A DNA stretch of 64,000 nt from Deltaproteobacteria bacterium (GTDB lineage: Bacteria; Desulfobacterota; Syntrophia; Syntrophales; Smithellaceae). The notes beneath the pieces are model-generated. The model was not told where the DNA came from. It did not search any database and saw only the letters and a list, made by a program, of their open reading frames with translations. The stretch is from NCBI GenBank assembly GCA_022710585.1, contig JAKLGV010000002.1, forward strand, positions 182,659 to 246,658, read 5' to 3'. This document shows positions 20,517 through 30,905 of the stretch, one piece after another. Made by a program: the position numbers and the translations under genes. Within the stretch, counting starts at the first letter, position 1; the number at the start of each line of letters is the position of its first letter.

Positions 20517-21737
20517 GTGATGGGCAAGAGAAGCAATGTAATCGTCGGTCTTGATATCGGGACAACCAAAACCACCGCCATTGTCGGCGATGTGACCGAA
20601 ACCGGCATCGACATCATCGGCATCGGAACATCGCAGAACCGGGAAATGCGCAAGGGGACGGTCGTCAATATCGACAGTATGGTGGAATCGATTAAAGCGG
20701 CAGTGGAGGAGGCCGAGCACATGTCCGGCTGCCGGATCAATTCGGTGTTTGTCGGCATCTCCGGCAGCCACATCAAGGGGCAGAATTCTCTCAGCATCGT
20801 ATCCATCAAGGGCAGAGAAGTGGATGAAAAAGACGTGCAGAGAGTGATCGAAGCCTCTGAGGCCATCGCCATTCCCGTGGGTCGAAAAATCCTGCACGTT
20901 CTGCCTCAGAGTTATGTAATTGACGGCCAGGAAGGCATCAAGGATCCCATCGGCATGTCCGGCGTGCGGCTGGAGGCCAAGGTCCATATTGTAACCGCTT
21001 CGATTTCCGCGATCCAGGACATTGAAAAATCGGTCAACCGCGTGGGTCTGGATATTGACGGCATCGTGCTGGAGCAGCTGGCGGAAGGCGAAGCGGTGCT
21101 CAGCAAGGATGAAAAAGAGCTGGGAGTCGTGCTGGTGGATATCGGCGGGGCGAACACATCCGTCACCATCTTTTCCGAATCGAGCATCAAACACACGGCG
21201 ATCCTGCCCGTCGGCGGTAATTATCTGACGTCGGATATCTCCACCGGTTTGCGCACCCCGCTGGCCGAAGCGGAAAAAATTAAAATCAAATACGGCTGCG
21301 CCATGACGTCCATGATTCCGAAAGATGAAACCATCCGGGTGCCCAGTCTGGGCGGCCGGGAAGACCGGGAAGTTTCGCGCCAGATCCTGGGGCGGATTGT
21401 CGAACCCCGGATGGAGGAAATCTTAAACCTCGCCTATAACGAAGTGGTCAAGTTCGGTTTTGAGGATCTACTGGCGGCGGGCGTCGTGTTAACCGGCGGC
21501 ACATCGCTGCTGGAAGGGATCTGCGAACTGGCGGAGAAAATTTTTGACATGCAGGCGCGCAAAGGAATCCCGATTGGGGTCGGCGGACTGAATGATATTG
21601 CGAATTCGCCGGCGCATGCCATCGGCGTAGGGTTGATCATTTATGGTCATCACCAGAATGTTTTAAGCGGCGTTTCAACAGGGATGTTTGGAAATATCAA
21701 AAGAACCGTTAAGAAAATGTTTTCAGAATTTTTTTGA
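20517..21737 (+). CDS. ftsA: Cell division protein FtsA
   Basis: The actin-like ATPase motifs VGLDIGTTK and LVDIGGANT are present. Confidence 0.9.
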   Translation: MMGKRSNVIVGLDIGTTKTTAIVGDVTETGIDIIGIGTSQNREMRKGTVVNIDSMVESIKAAVEEAEHMSGCRINSVFVGISGSHIKGQNSLSIVSIKGREVDEKDVQRVIEASEAIAIPVGRKILHVLPQSYVIDGQEGIKDPIGMSGVRLEAKVHIVTASISAIQDIEKSVNRVGLDIDGIVLEQLAEGEAVLSKDEKELGVVLVDIGGANTSVTIFSESSIKHTAILPVGGNYLTSDISTGLRTPLAEAEKIKIKYGCAMTSMIPKDETIRVPSLGGREDREVSRQILGRIVEPRMEEILNLAYNEVVKFGFEDLLAAGVVLTGGTSLLEGICELAEKIFDMQARKGIPIGVGGLNDIANSPAHAIGVGLIIYGHHQNVLSGVSTGMFGNIKRTVKKMFSEFF

Positions 21738-21753
21738 AAGGAAGGGAGAGAAC

Positions 21754-22914
21754 ATGTTTGAACTCACTGAAGTATGCAACGAAAATCTGGCAAAAATCAA
21801 AGTGATCGGGGTGGGCGGCGGAGGCGGAAACGCCGTCAATACGATGATTTCCTACTGCCTGCAGGGCGTGGATTTCATCAATGCGAACACGGATGCGCAG
21901 GCACTGGGCGTATCCAGCGCGCCGGTCAAAATTCAGATCGGCACGCAAATCACGAAAGGTCTGGGGGCCGGCTCCGATCCGGAAATCGGCCGACAGTCCG
22001 CCCTGGAAACCCGCGATGAAATCAAGCCTTATCTGGAAGGTGCGGATATGATTTTCATTACCGCGGGCATGGGTGGCGGCACGGGAACAGGCGCGGCGCC
22101 GGTCATCGCGGAGATCGCCCGGGAGTGCAGCATTCTGACCATCGCCGTGGTGACCAAGCCTTTTCAGTTTGAAGGCAAGAAGCGCAACCAGCAGGCCGAA
22201 GAAGGCATTGCCCAGCTCCGGGATGCCGTCGATACACTGATTGTGGTTCCCAACCAGAGACTGCTGAGCCTGGGCGGACGCAATCTGTCGCTGCTGGAGG
22301 CCTTCAAGAAAGCGGATGATATCCTTTATCAGGCGGTCAAGGGCATCTCCGATCTGATTCTGGTTCCGGGCCTGATCAATCTGGATTTTGCCGATGTCCG
22401 AAGCGTCATGAGTAACATGGGCATGGCCATCATGGGAACCGGCGTGGGCAGTGGTGAAAACAGAGCGGTGGAAGCGGCGCAGCGGGCCATTTCGTCCCCG
22501 CTGCTCGAAGACAACACCATCCAGGGCGCGCACGGCATTCTGCTCAACATCACCGGCAGCCCGGACATGAGCCTTTATGAAGTCAACGAAGCTTCATCCC
22601 TGATTCAGGAAGAGGCCGATGAAGATGCCAATATTATTTTCGGCACCGTGATTGATCCGAATATGGAAGATGAAGTTCGCATTACCGTCATTGCCACCGG
22701 ATTTGACGATTTTTCCAGAAAGAGATGCGAAGCAACCGGCAATGTCACACGTTTCCCCCGCGGACTGAATCCCCGAGAGGACCTCGCCATGCCGGCTTAT
22801 ATCCGCAGAGACAGGAAGCTGAATAACGGCGACGTAGCGGTGGTGGGTCTGGGGGACGAAAACGAACATATGGATATACAGATTCCGACCTTTTTAAGGC
22901 GTCAGGCGGACTGA
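21754..22914 (+). CDS. ftsZ: Cell division GTPase FtsZ
   Basis: [15 protein letters not shown] and the tubulin signature GGGTGTG are present. The C-terminal peptide is [10 protein letters not shown]. The ATG is preceded by GAAGGGAGAG. The track ORF starts at 21688. Confidence 0.95.
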   Translation: MFELTEVCNENLAKIKVIGVGGGGGNAVNTMISYCLQGVDFINANTDAQALGVSSAPVKIQIGTQITKGLGAGSDPEIGRQSALETRDEIKPYLEGADMIFITAGMGGGTGTGAAPVIAEIARECSILTIAVVTKPFQFEGKKRNQQAEEGIAQLRDAVDTLIVVPNQRLLSLGGRNLSLLEAFKKADDILYQAVKGISDLILVPGLINLDFADVRSVMSNMGMAIMGTGVGSGENRAVEAAQRAISSPLLEDNTIQGAHGILLNITGSPDMSLYEVNEASSLIQEEADEDANIIFGTVIDPNMEDEVRITVIATGFDDFSRKRCEATGNVTRFPRGLNPREDLAMPAYIRRDRKLNNGDVAVVGLGDENEHMDIQIPTFLRRQAD

Positions 22915-23003
22915 GCGGCGGTCAGAAGTCCATCATCCTTCATTGACGGCGCCACGGTTCAAAAATGAACGGGGCGCTTGCGCATACAGGCCATGAAAAA
23001 GCC

Positions 23004-24701
23004 ATGGATTGGAAACTGAAGAAAACATATACTTGTGTTTTGGAGCATGAAACAGGTTATATCAAAAGAATTTGGGGGGAATATAACACAGTCTGCCTTG
23101 CCTATCCCCATCACTACCGGACCGGCATGGCCAATCTGGGTTTCCATACCATTTATAAAATCATCAATGCTCAACCTTCCTTTCTTTGTGAGAGGGTATT
23201 CCTGACCGTTCCCGGAAGCGAGGCCAGATTCGCTTCCGGGACGGCGGGAATCTTCAGCCTTGAAAATCAAAAGCCAGTTGCCGAATTTGACATCCTGGCT
23301 TTTTCCGTTTCTTTTGAAAATGATTATCCCCACATTTTAAAAATGATGGAGCTGGCCGGCATCCCGCTGCTGGCCCGGGACCGTTCCGAAAAACATCCGC
23401 TGGTGATCGGCGGCGGCATTGCCTTGACCCTCAATCCGGAGCCGCTGGCCGATTTCTTTGACCTTTTTATCCTGGGCGAAGCCGAAGAGGTGCTGCCGAA
23501 GTTTTGCGGCGCTTTTGAAAACGCGCGTCGCCTGGGTCAGCCGCGCAGAGAATTTCTCAAAGAAACGCAAAAGAAAATCAATAATGTTTATGTGCCGGGT
23601 CTTTATGAAATCCAGTATTCGACGGAAAGTAAAATTCAATCTGTAAAACCGCTGGAGGCGGAACTGCCCGAAAAAATTAAAATCCAACGGGTTCGGGATC
23701 TGGATGCTTTCAGCACCGAGGAGGTCGTGAGCGCGCCTCAGACCGAAATGGGAGATATGTTTCTGGTGGAAGTGAACAGGGGGTGCGCCAGAGCCTGCCG
23801 CTTCTGTGCGGCCAGTTTCGTTTATCATCCGGTCCGCTTCCGCAGCGGTTCGGAAATTTTAAAGTCTGTTGACCGCGGCCTGCAAAGAAAGAAAAAAGTC
23901 GGATTGATCGGCACAGCCGTATCCGACCATCCCGCATTGATCGATATCTGCGGGTATATTACCGCACAGAAAGCTCAGGCCGGCCTCGGTTCCCTGCGCG
24001 TCGATCAGATTCAGGAAAGAATTGTGGACCTGATGAAAGAAGGCGGTATTGAAACCGTTGCGTTGGCGCCGGAGGCGGGCAGCCAGAGAATGCGCGATGT
24101 GCTGAATAAAGGCATCTCGGAGGCCGATATCCTGAATGCCGCGTCATTACTGGCGGAAAAGGACATCCCCAACTTAAGGCTTTACTTTATGATCGGACTG
24201 CCACGGGAAGAAGAACAGGATATTGACGCCATTATTGCACTGACCAAAAAGATTCAGCATCACGTCCGCAGCAACTATGAAGGCAAAAAGAAGCTTCGCA
24301 GAATTATTCTGAGCATCAACCAGTTTATTCCGAAGCCGTCAACGCCTTTTCAGTGGTGTCCTCTGGAAGATGTCGGCCTTGCCGGCAGGAAAATCAGGAA
24401 AATTGAAAACGCCTTCCGGAAAGACAAGCAGATCAAAGTTATTCATGACGTACCCAAGTGGAACTATATTCAGGCGCTGCTCTCTCTGGGGGACCGGCGC
24501 GTGGGAGAAATTCTGCTGGCCGTCAATCGTCTGGACGGCAACTGGGCGCGGGCGCTGAAAGAAGTTCATATCAATCCGGATTTTTATGTTTACCGCCGGA
24601 AACCCTTTGATGAAGTTCTCCCCTGGGATATCCTTCATCTGGGAATTGCCAAAAAAGCACTCATGGCGGAATGTCAAAAAGCGCTTGAAGAAGAGGAATA
24701 A
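23004..24701 (+). CDS. B12-binding-domain radical SAM protein (TIGR03960-like)
   Basis: Has the CX3CX2C cluster motif in VNRGCARACRFCAASF. The N-terminal domain looks B12-binding-like. The family name is my recollection from overall similarity. Confidence 0.7.
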   Translation: MDWKLKKTYTCVLEHETGYIKRIWGEYNTVCLAYPHHYRTGMANLGFHTIYKIINAQPSFLCERVFLTVPGSEARFASGTAGIFSLENQKPVAEFDILAFSVSFENDYPHILKMMELAGIPLLARDRSEKHPLVIGGGIALTLNPEPLADFFDLFILGEAEEVLPKFCGAFENARRLGQPRREFLKETQKKINNVYVPGLYEIQYSTESKIQSVKPLEAELPEKIKIQRVRDLDAFSTEEVVSAPQTEMGDMFLVEVNRGCARACRFCAASFVYHPVRFRSGSEILKSVDRGLQRKKKVGLIGTAVSDHPALIDICGYITAQKAQAGLGSLRVDQIQERIVDLMKEGGIETVALAPEAGSQRMRDVLNKGISEADILNAASLLAEKDIPNLRLYFMIGLPREEEQDIDAIIALTKKIQHHVRSNYEGKKKLRRIILSINQFIPKPSTPFQWCPLEDVGLAGRKIRKIENAFRKDKQIKVIHDVPKWNYIQALLSLGDRRVGEILLAVNRLDGNWARALKEVHINPDFYVYRRKPFDEVLPWDILHLGIAKKALMAECQKALEEEE

Positions 24702-24750
24702 ATCGGCGGCCGCCAAAATGAATGCCTCATCCTGTCCGTCCAGATTTGCA

Positions 24751-24780
24751 TGGACAATATTGAAGAATCAATATTATAAT
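24751..24780 (+). promoter_or_regulatory. Putative promoter (TGGACA-18 nt-TATAAT) with embedded perfect 8-bp inverted repeat
   Basis: TGGACA lies at 24751-24756 and TATAAT at 24775-24780. The inverted repeat AATATTGA-agaa-TCAATATT occupies 24756-24775. The site is 30 nt upstream of the DUF169 ATG. Confidence 0.35.
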
Positions 24781-24810
24781 GTAAAGAAATAAGGAGCATT
24801 AAACCGGGAA

Positions 24811-25632
24811 ATGGAAAGCGCGATAGCCAAAGCGATTCAATTAAAATACCAGCCGGTGGCGCTTTTGTGGTCTGATGAAAAACTGGCAGACGCCATGCAA
24901 TTTTCGGAAGGCAAGTGGGGGTGCGTGATGTGGCTGATCGTCCATGCCGCCAAAGGCAAGATTGCGGTCGCGGATCACAGCACTTTCGGCTGTTTCGGCG
25001 GCGGTGTGGGATTGGGTTTCGGCAATCAGTACAAAAAATTTCCCGGCGGCGAAGAGGGATTCTGCCACTTTCTTTCCACCGGCAATGCCGGCCGCTCCGG
25101 TGGTATGGAAATCGCTGAAAAGATAAAGCCCTTTATGACCCGGGAAAGCCACGATCACTTCCTGCATGGCGAGCGGTATATTAAAACCCCCGACCTCGTG
25201 GAAAAATTTGTTGCAAACCTGCCGATGATGGAGATCCCCACAAAATATGTTGTTTTTAAACCGCTTTCCGATATCGATCCGGCCAAAGAAAAGCCGCAGA
25301 CGGTCATTTTTTTCGTTAATCCTGATCAGCTTTCTGCTCTGACCGTTCTGGCCAATTACGGACGCGGCGGCAATGAAAATGTCATTATTCCCTATGCCGC
25401 GGGCTGCCAGACGATCGGCATCTACTCTTACCGCGAAGCGAAGTCAGAAAAGCCGCGCGCGGTGGTCGGTCTTACCGATCTTTCCGCCCGGGTCTATGTG
25501 CGCAAGCAGTTGGGCGATTCCCATCTGATGACTTTTTCCGCGCCTTTCGCGCTCTTTGAAGAAATGGAGCAGAATGTTCCCGGTTCTTTTCTGGAGCGCC
25601 CTACCTGGCAGAGCCTGCTGTCAGATCATTAA
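24811..25632 (+). CDS. DUF169 domain protein (COG2043-like)
   Basis: 273 aa. The N-terminus LKYQPVALLWSDEK...KWGCVMW and the overall layout resemble DUF169 proteins as I recall them. This is not verified. Confidence 0.5.
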   Translation: MESAIAKAIQLKYQPVALLWSDEKLADAMQFSEGKWGCVMWLIVHAAKGKIAVADHSTFGCFGGGVGLGFGNQYKKFPGGEEGFCHFLSTGNAGRSGGMEIAEKIKPFMTRESHDHFLHGERYIKTPDLVEKFVANLPMMEIPTKYVVFKPLSDIDPAKEKPQTVIFFVNPDQLSALTVLANYGRGGNENVIIPYAAGCQTIGIYSYREAKSEKPRAVVGLTDLSARVYVRKQLGDSHLMTFSAPFALFEEMEQNVPGSFLERPTWQSLLSDH

Positions 25633-25651
25633 TCGTTTTTTTACATCCGAG

Positions 25652-26944
25652 ATGAAATCAAAGCCCGTCAGCCCCGCCCGTTATCTGGAAAGTTTGAATA
25701 TCAATAAAATGCGTTTCGGCCTGGAAGCGGTTACTGAACTTTTATCAAGACTGGGCAACCCTCAGAAATCTTACAAGACCATCATCATTGGCGGCACCAA
25801 CGGCAAGGGATCCACCGCGGCCATGACGGCCTCCATCCTGCGTAGCGCCGGTTACAGAGTCGGCTTATACACGTCGCCGCATCTCGTCGATGTCCGGGAG
25901 AGGATCGTTGTTGGCGGAAGAAAAATTTCCAGGAAAGACTTTGGCCGGATGGTTGAGGTGGTAAAATATAAAATTCAGAAGCCGGTCACTTACTTTGAAT
26001 TCTTAACCGCTCTGGCTTTTGTTTATTTTCAGGAGAAGAAAGTTGATATTGCGGTGCTGGAAGTCGGTCTGGGCGGCAGGCTGGACGCGACCAATGTTTG
26101 TGCGCCCCTCGTTTCGGTGATCACCAATATTGATTTTGATCATACGGCTTATCTGGGGAGCACCCTGGAAGCCATCGCGCGGGAGAAGGCGGGCATCATC
26201 AAGCCAAAAGGCATTTGTGTGACGGCTGCCAGACAAAAGAAGGTTCTGGCCATATTTCAGAATGTCTGCCGGCGCCGTCAGGCCGGGCTCCATACACTGG
26301 GACGCGATATAAAAATAAAAAAGCAAAGCGCCGACTTGTTTACGTACGACGGATCCCATCGTCATTTAGAAAATTTAAGCATACCGCTGCGGGGAGAGCA
26401 TCAGCAGGCCAATGCCGCGCTGGCGCTGGCAGCCGCGGAAATTTGCGAGGAAAAAGGTCTGACCGTTTCGGACGCGGCGATCCGCACGGGACTGGAAAAG
26501 ACGCGCTGGGCGGCCCGACTGGAGGTTCTGCTGGAAAAACCTCTTTTCATTCTCGACGGCGCTCACAATCCCGGCGGCGTCGAAGCGCTTTGCCGTTCCC
26601 TGCAAAAAGATTTTTCCTATCGCCATTTGATTTTAATTTTCGGCGCTCTGGCGGATAAGGATTTTCGATGGATGCTGAAAAAAATAGCTGCTTATGCCGA
26701 CACCATCCTATTGACGCCCTTAAAAACAGAACGGGCGGCGTCCATCATCGACATGAGCGAAGCACTGAGAAAAACAGGAAGCACACCGCTCATTACTGAA
26801 AATGTCACCCAGGCCATCGAAAAGGCCCTGGCTCTGGCCGGCAAGAACGATTTGATCTGCGCGGCAGGTTCTTTCTATCTGGCCGGAGAGACAAAACAGG
26901 CATTTCCTAAAATAGCCGTCTGTGATAATAAAAAATCAAAATAA
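25652..26944 (+). CDS. folC: Bifunctional folylpolyglutamate synthase / dihydrofolate synthase FolC
   Basis: IIGGTNGKGST P-loop and a Mur-ligase fold. ATG 25652 lies just after the DUF169 stop. The track ORF starts at 25556. Confidence 0.85.
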   Translation: MKSKPVSPARYLESLNINKMRFGLEAVTELLSRLGNPQKSYKTIIIGGTNGKGSTAAMTASILRSAGYRVGLYTSPHLVDVRERIVVGGRKISRKDFGRMVEVVKYKIQKPVTYFEFLTALAFVYFQEKKVDIAVLEVGLGGRLDATNVCAPLVSVITNIDFDHTAYLGSTLEAIAREKAGIIKPKGICVTAARQKKVLAIFQNVCRRRQAGLHTLGRDIKIKKQSADLFTYDGSHRHLENLSIPLRGEHQQANAALALAAAEICEEKGLTVSDAAIRTGLEKTRWAARLEVLLEKPLFILDGAHNPGGVEALCRSLQKDFSYRHLILIFGALADKDFRWMLKKIAAYADTILLTPLKTERAASIIDMSEALRKTGSTPLITENVTQAIEKALALAGKNDLICAAGSFYLAGETKQAFPKIAVCDNKKSK

Positions 26945-26973
26945 AATTCAGGCATCAAAGGCAGAAAAATAGC

Positions 26974-29244
26974 GTGAACGGGCGTAATCATTTCATAGAA
27001 GAAAATGAAAAAAGATATTTCCTTTTCTCCCGGACATTAAAGGCTTGTTTATCAATATTTTTTCTTTCTCTGATGATGATCATTTCCTGTCCACCGGCTT
27101 CTTCTGCCGAAGTTCCGACGCAGGAAAGTTCCGTGCAGATTGAAGCCGACCGTATGGATTATGACAGCGTCCGCGAAGTCTATCATGCCCAGGGCAGGGT
27201 TAAAATCATATACAGCGGTGCGGCCCTTTCTGCGGATGAAGTGGAGCTGGATAATAAAAGCAATGTCGCCACCGCACAGGGCAACGCTTCCCTGAAAATG
27301 GAAGAAGACACCCTGCGCGGGGAAAAAATTATTTACAACATGGAAGACAAAACCGGCGCTGCTTATCAGGCCGATGCTTTCTATTCGCGAAATAATTTTT
27401 ACGTCCGGGGCGATAAAATTGAGAAAACCGGTGAAAGCACCTATTTTATTCAACAGCCTTGCGCCACAACCTGCGACGGCGACAATCCGGACTGGCAGAT
27501 TGCCGGCAGTGAAATGAAGGTGACCATGGAAGGCTACGGCCTGATGAAAGACGCCCGTTTCCTCACCAGAGGATTCCCGCTGCTTTACTCTCCGTATCTC
27601 CCATTTCCCGCAAAGACAAAACGTCAGACGGGATTGCTGCTTCCACACGTCGCCTATTCCCGGGACAAGGATGGCATGGATATCGAACTTCCTTTTTTCT
27701 GGGCGATTTCGCCGCAGATGGACGCCACTTTTTATCAACGCTACATCGAGAAAAGAGGCTTTAAAGAAGGAGCGGAATTCCGGTATTACCTGGGAGAAAA
27801 ATCTGTCGGCACATTTTACGGCGATTACATCGAAGATACCCGGAACGTAACAGAAACGGACGATGCGGCAACAAGCCGGAACTGGCAGGGGGCGCACCGG
27901 CGCTGGTCTTATTATTTCAATCACCAGACTGATTTTGATTCACAGTTTTATGTCAGAACAGACCTGAAGAAAGTATCCGATAAATGGTATTTTAAAGATT
28001 TCTCCGCTCACAATTTCTATCTGGAGAATTATGCCGACTCGGCCGAAGACAATTTCAAGAATGTCTCTTTCAAAGGAAACAAGTCTCTGCGTTATCTGGA
28101 ATCGAGCGCGCGTGTTTATAAAGGCTGGTCGAATATCAATCTGACGGGGGTCGTGAACTATACCGAAGACTTTGCGGCTGACCGGAATGACCGCACACTG
28201 CAAAAATATCCGGAGATGGGTTTAACGGGCGTGAAACAGCCGCTGTTGCGGACGCCTTTATTTTATGAATTTGCGGGAATTTATGATTATCTGTCCAGAG
28301 AGGAAGGGGATGCGGGACATTTTGTTGACTTCACGCCAACCCTGTCTCTGCCCATTGATCTATACGGGTATCTGAAATTAACGCCGCAGTTTGCTTTTAA
28401 AGAAACATTCTGGAGCCGCGATGACGACCGGAACGACTCGCAGGATAAATCCAATGACCGGGCTGTTTATAACGCGTCGGTATCTTTGAGCAGCCAACTC
28501 TCCCGCATCTTTGATGTCACAGGGGATAACTGGAAGAAGATCAGACACGAGGTGAAGCCGGAGATTATTTATTCCTATATTCCCAATGTCTCCACGGATC
28601 AGGTGCCTGATTATTATCTGCCTGCCGCATCGCCTTTTGTATCTCCGATCATTCCTCTGTCGGGCAACGCATTAGATGAACAAAGCGCCATTGGCTGGTC
28701 GCTGACCAACACCTTGACCGCGCGGGTCAAGGATGCGGACGGCGCGCACAGCTATCTGGAATTTATGCGGCTGAAATTATTTCAGGCTTACGATATCCAC
28801 GAGGCCGGCAGAGAGGCTAAGGGGGATGAAGAGGAAAGAAAACCTTTTTCTGATCTGGGCATCGAATTTGATTTATCCCCGCATAAATACATTTTTCTGA
28901 AATCGCGCAACCGGTATAATTTCTACGACAACTGGAAACAGAATAATATTGATCTGCATCTAAAAGATTCACGGGGAGATGCTTTCGTCGTTGCTTATCG
29001 ATATACCGTTGACTCCCTCGAAGAAATTCATTTTGGTCTGAAAGCCGTGTTGAACAAATATTTCGACGGCACATTTGTTTCCAAATATGATCTCGCCAAT
29101 TCCCGGCGGATAGAAAACACGCTGGGATTGGTCTACCACAAGCAATGCTGGAGCATGGGTGTCGATGTGACCGAGACCGATGATGATGTCCGCTTTTCGT
29201 TTAGAATATCTCTGGCCGGTCTGGGAAAAGCGAGTGGTCAATAG
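26974..29244 (+). CDS. lptD: LPS-assembly outer membrane protein LptD (OstA family)
   Basis: Has a signal peptide, an OstA-like N-terminal domain (IEADRMDYD...GNASLKMEEDTLRGEKIIYN), and a large aromatic-rich beta-barrel region. The start codon is GTG. Confidence 0.8.
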   Translation: MNGRNHFIEENEKRYFLFSRTLKACLSIFFLSLMMIISCPPASSAEVPTQESSVQIEADRMDYDSVREVYHAQGRVKIIYSGAALSADEVELDNKSNVATAQGNASLKMEEDTLRGEKIIYNMEDKTGAAYQADAFYSRNNFYVRGDKIEKTGESTYFIQQPCATTCDGDNPDWQIAGSEMKVTMEGYGLMKDARFLTRGFPLLYSPYLPFPAKTKRQTGLLLPHVAYSRDKDGMDIELPFFWAISPQMDATFYQRYIEKRGFKEGAEFRYYLGEKSVGTFYGDYIEDTRNVTETDDAATSRNWQGAHRRWSYYFNHQTDFDSQFYVRTDLKKVSDKWYFKDFSAHNFYLENYADSAEDNFKNVSFKGNKSLRYLESSARVYKGWSNINLTGVVNYTEDFAADRNDRTLQKYPEMGLTGVKQPLLRTPLFYEFAGIYDYLSREEGDAGHFVDFTPTLSLPIDLYGYLKLTPQFAFKETFWSRDDDRNDSQDKSNDRAVYNASVSLSSQLSRIFDVTGDNWKKIRHEVKPEIIYSYIPNVSTDQVPDYYLPAASPFVSPIIPLSGNALDEQSAIGWSLTNTLTARVKDADGAHSYLEFMRLKLFQAYDIHEAGREAKGDEEERKPFSDLGIEFDLSPHKYIFLKSRNRYNFYDNWKQNNIDLHLKDSRGDAFVVAYRYTVDSLEEIHFGLKAVLNKYFDGTFVSKYDLANSRRIENTLGLVYHKQCWSMGVDVTETDDDVRFSFRISLAGLGKASGQ

Positions 29245-29329
29245 ACTGTCTCCCCCGGTGCAGTCAACAGCATAGCTTGAGCATATGACGACAGGCTGAG
29301 CATTTCAACGATAGCGATTCTACATTATT

Positions 29330-30835
29330 ATGGATACTCTAATTCTAACCGCCACCAGTTTTATCATTGCCGTGTCGCTGATGATCACCGGCAAAAAGGA
29401 CAAGCTCCAGGCGTCTTTTGCCGGATTATGCGCGGCTGTCTTCGTTTCCCAGGTGACCATGGCGCTGGAAAATTATTTTTCTTGCAGCTTTCTGCTGATC
29501 ATCAGATATTGCGGTCTGCTGGCGGTGGCGCCGCTGGCACTTCTATTTTTCCGCCATCTGACCCGAGAGAAAACATTAATTTCCCGGCGAGTGTTCTTCG
29601 CTTTTGCTTTCATCAGCATGGGCGGCGTATTTTTTGTTTTTACACCGCTGGCGCAAACGTCCTGGTTTTATCTGCTCATCGTATATTACACAATTTTTGC
29701 TCTGGTCCTGTGCTATGCCGCGCTGACACGGCATGTGATGCAATTGCCTGTCGGAACGGAAAAAAGGCGCCTCGGCTATCTGCTTGTAGCCTGTCCCACA
29801 GCCCTGATTTTAAGCCATATGGATTTATTGAATGGCCTGGGCTTAAACCTGCCGGTGATCAGCGGGATGGTCATCTCGCTGCTGTTGTACTTTATTTTGC
29901 TGATTATCGCCTACCCGCAGCTTCAGCAGTTGCATGATTTTTTTGCCCGCTCTCTGGTTATCTTGATCGGCACTGTCACCGGTGCCGTTATTCTCTATTT
30001 TGCGGTCGGGATTTTCAACGGCCAACCACCATTTTCCGGATTGATGGTCGCCTCTTTTCTGATCGTCATTTCCCTGTCGCCGATGCGGATGATGTTGCGG
30101 AAAATCTTCGGTTATTTTTATCCCAACAGCCGGGATGTTTTTACGTCCCTTTATGAGTTTGACGAAAAGCTGGAAAAGGAAAAATCCCTGATGCTGGAGG
30201 AGATGGCGCCTGTGCTGGCCCATGAAATCCGCAATCCACTGGGGTCCATCAAAGGGGCGGCGCAATATCTGAAAGACGAAGCGGCCACGGATGAACAGCG
30301 GGAACTCCTGAATGTGATTGTGGAGGGAACGGACCGACTCAACAATGTGGTCAGCAGATTTCTCGAGTATACGCGCCCCTATCAGTTGAACCTGAAGAGC
30401 CACAACATCAATGTCATTATCCAAAAAGCCATCGCGATTATGGCCGCAGACAAATCGGCGGAAAAAATCAACATCCTACGGGAGCTGGATGAAAATCTTC
30501 CCGCGGTGGACGTGGATGAACAGCTGTTGATGCAGGTGATTTTGAATATTGCTCTCAACGCTATAGAATCCATGCCGCAGGGGGGAACTTTAACTTTTTG
30601 CACATCCGGTCGGGATGTTCAAGATGACAGGATGGTCAGTCTTTCCCTAAAAGATACGGGCAATGGGATCAGTTCAGAGAATATCAAAAATATTTTTAAG
30701 CCGTTTTTTACTACCAAAGAAAGAGGCGTGGGGCTTGGCCTGGCCATCTGTCAGAAAATTATCCGCGAGCACGGCGGCAGCATCAGCGCGCAATCAAATC
30801 CTGCCGGGGGAACGGAATTCCTAATCAAAATCTAA
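29330..30835 (+). CDS. Membrane sensor histidine kinase (HisKA + HATPase_c)
   Basis: The N-terminal half has multiple TM helices. The H-box LAHEIRNPLGSIKG and the N, G1 and G2 boxes (NAIESM, DTGNGI, GVGLGLAICQKI) are present. Confidence 0.85.
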   Translation: MDTLILTATSFIIAVSLMITGKKDKLQASFAGLCAAVFVSQVTMALENYFSCSFLLIIRYCGLLAVAPLALLFFRHLTREKTLISRRVFFAFAFISMGGVFFVFTPLAQTSWFYLLIVYYTIFALVLCYAALTRHVMQLPVGTEKRRLGYLLVACPTALILSHMDLLNGLGLNLPVISGMVISLLLYFILLIIAYPQLQQLHDFFARSLVILIGTVTGAVILYFAVGIFNGQPPFSGLMVASFLIVISLSPMRMMLRKIFGYFYPNSRDVFTSLYEFDEKLEKEKSLMLEEMAPVLAHEIRNPLGSIKGAAQYLKDEAATDEQRELLNVIVEGTDRLNNVVSRFLEYTRPYQLNLKSHNINVIIQKAIAIMAADKSAEKINILRELDENLPAVDVDEQLLMQVILNIALNAIESMPQGGTLTFCTSGRDVQDDRMVSLSLKDTGNGISSENIKNIFKPFFTTKERGVGLGLAICQKIIREHGGSISAQSNPAGGTEFLIKI

Positions 30836-30905
30836 ACGACCCGATAAAGGCCGACGCGGGGCATTGCCGCTTGATTTAAAATAGAAAGCGTAATAATCAT
30901 AGGAC

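Noticed and set aside
20388-21194. 268-aa minus-strand ORF
   Set aside because: It is antisense to ftsA and the end of ftsQ. It has no motif and is a shadow ORF of a confidently called gene.
21709-22533. 274-aa ORF on the minus strand
   Set aside because: It lies entirely antisense to ftsZ, whose identity is unambiguous. The translation is R/H/G/A-rich with no motif. It is a typical shadow ORF.
27052-27924. 290-aa minus-strand ORF
   Set aside because: It is antisense to lptD, with a low-complexity translation and no RBS context.
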